Positions 29,943 to 30,648 of a stretch of DNA of 30,648 nt are shown here, one piece after another. The first letter of the stretch is position 1. Each line of letters starts with the position of its first letter. Origin of the DNA: Cyanobacteria bacterium P01_D01_bin.156. GTDB lineage: Bacteria > Cyanobacteriota > Cyanobacteriia > Phormidesmidales > Phormidesmidaceae. The translations under genes were made by a program, and so were the position numbers. The notes beneath the pieces are model-generated. The model saw nothing but the letters and a program-made list of their open reading frames with translations. It was not told the origin of the DNA and made no database searches. The stretch is from assembly GCA_039024555.1 (NCBI GenBank), contig JBCCQQ010000071.1, forward strand, positions 1 to 30,648, given 5' to 3'.

Positions 29943-29979
29943 AACGATAGCCTCTGCAATCTTACTAGGAGTTAGAACA

Positions 29980-30540
29980 ATGGCAAAAATCGGAATTTTT
30001 TATGGCAGCACATCCGGGACCACAGAAGAAATCGCTGAGAAAATTTATGGAGAACTTGGCGAGGATATCTGTGACCTGTACAACATGGAAGAAGACTTTG
30101 ATGATGTGGACGATCTCTTGAAATATGACTATTTGCTACTCGGCTGTTCCACTTGGGGGGCTGGAGAAGTCCAAAATGACTGGCGTGATCCCCTGTTTGA
30201 TATGGAGGTTGAAAAACCTGATTTTTCTGGAAAAACTGTCGCTCTTTTTGGCCCAGGGGACTGTACTGGCCATGGTAAACACTTTGTGGGGGCGTTGGGC
30301 ATCTTATACGATGTCTTGAAATCTCTGGGGGCAACGATAGTAGGTGCCGTTTCAACGGAAGACTATTCTTTTGAGCAGTCTACGGCAATTCGAAATGGCA
30401 AGTTTGTTGGGTTGCCGCTAGACGAAATTAATGAGAGTGATAAAACCGATCAGCGCATTGCAGATTGGCTAGAATTACTTGAAACTGACTTTCCAGTTTT
30501 AGCTTCCTTAGGACTTACGCAGCAGCGATCTGGATACTAG
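29980..30540 (+). CDS. Long-chain flavodoxin with an IS-derived C-terminus
   Basis: IGIFYGSTSGTTE, GCSTWGAGE, DFSGKTVALFG, YSFEQS..KFVGLPLDE; AGGAG RBS. Confidence 0.92.
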   Translation: MAKIGIFYGSTSGTTEEIAEKIYGELGEDICDLYNMEEDFDDVDDLLKYDYLLLGCSTWGAGEVQNDWRDPLFDMEVEKPDFSGKTVALFGPGDCTGHGKHFVGALGILYDVLKSLGATIVGAVSTEDYSFEQSTAIRNGKFVGLPLDEINESDKTDQRIADWLELLETDFPVLASLGLTQQRSGY

Positions 30541-30648
30541 GTTTTCTAAGTTGTTGAACCAGATAATTGTCAAGCAGCCCATACTTGAGCTGATAAAGCG
30601 TATGTCCTGTTTGGCTTGCCAACTGATTGAGCCTGACCCAGACCAAGA
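30509..30648 (-). mobile_element. End of an IS701-like insertion sequence, truncated by the window edge
   Basis: TAGGACTTACGCA terminus at 30509-30521; the transposase stop codon lies inside this terminal repeat. Confidence 0.75.
30515..30646 (-). CDS. Transposase C-terminal 43 aa (partial)
   Basis: Manual translation LVWVRLNQLASQTGHTLYQLKYGLLDNYLVQQLRKPSIQIAAA* resembles cyanobacterial IS701-like transposase C-termini (recalled, not searched). Confidence 0.72.
   Translation of the reverse strand: MVWVRLNQLASQTGHTLYQLKYGLLDNYLVQQLRKPSIQIAAA

Overview
A cyanobacterial molybdenum-nitrogenase (nif) region, indicated by at least nine HIP1 GCGATCGC sites and cyanobacterial-type nif proteins. nifD and fdxN are uninterrupted and cnfR/patB lies inside the cluster, which fits a non-heterocystous diazotroph. 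The rightward arm is nifB-fdxN-nifS-nifU-nifH-nifD-nifK-nifZ-(Mo-nitrogenase C-terminal-domain ORF)-fused nifEN-nifX-DUF269-DUF683-nifW-hesA-(small membrane ORF)-hesB-fdxH-feoA-flavodoxin. The leftward arm is nifP/cysE-Asr1405-like-dps-(47-aa membrane ORF missing from the ORF track)-nifV-nifT. Further left are two hypothetical genes, cnfR, a NafY/NifY-like gene, an OFA-family MFS transporter and a Pat-type acyl-CoA-ligase/GNAT fusion. Both window ends run into insertion sequences: an IS5-family transposase start on the left, and an IS701-like transposase end on the right that supplies the flavodoxin C-terminus. Notable non-coding structure: (1) a ~90-nt hairpin repeat family in five copies at nif junctions, one encoding the NifP C-terminus; (2) mirror-image TGAGT(A/G)C promoter arrays facing nifP and nifB; (3) intercistronic stem-loops, including two mutually exclusive helices between nifD and nifK. 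Family assignments come from motif recognition by eye; no searches were run.
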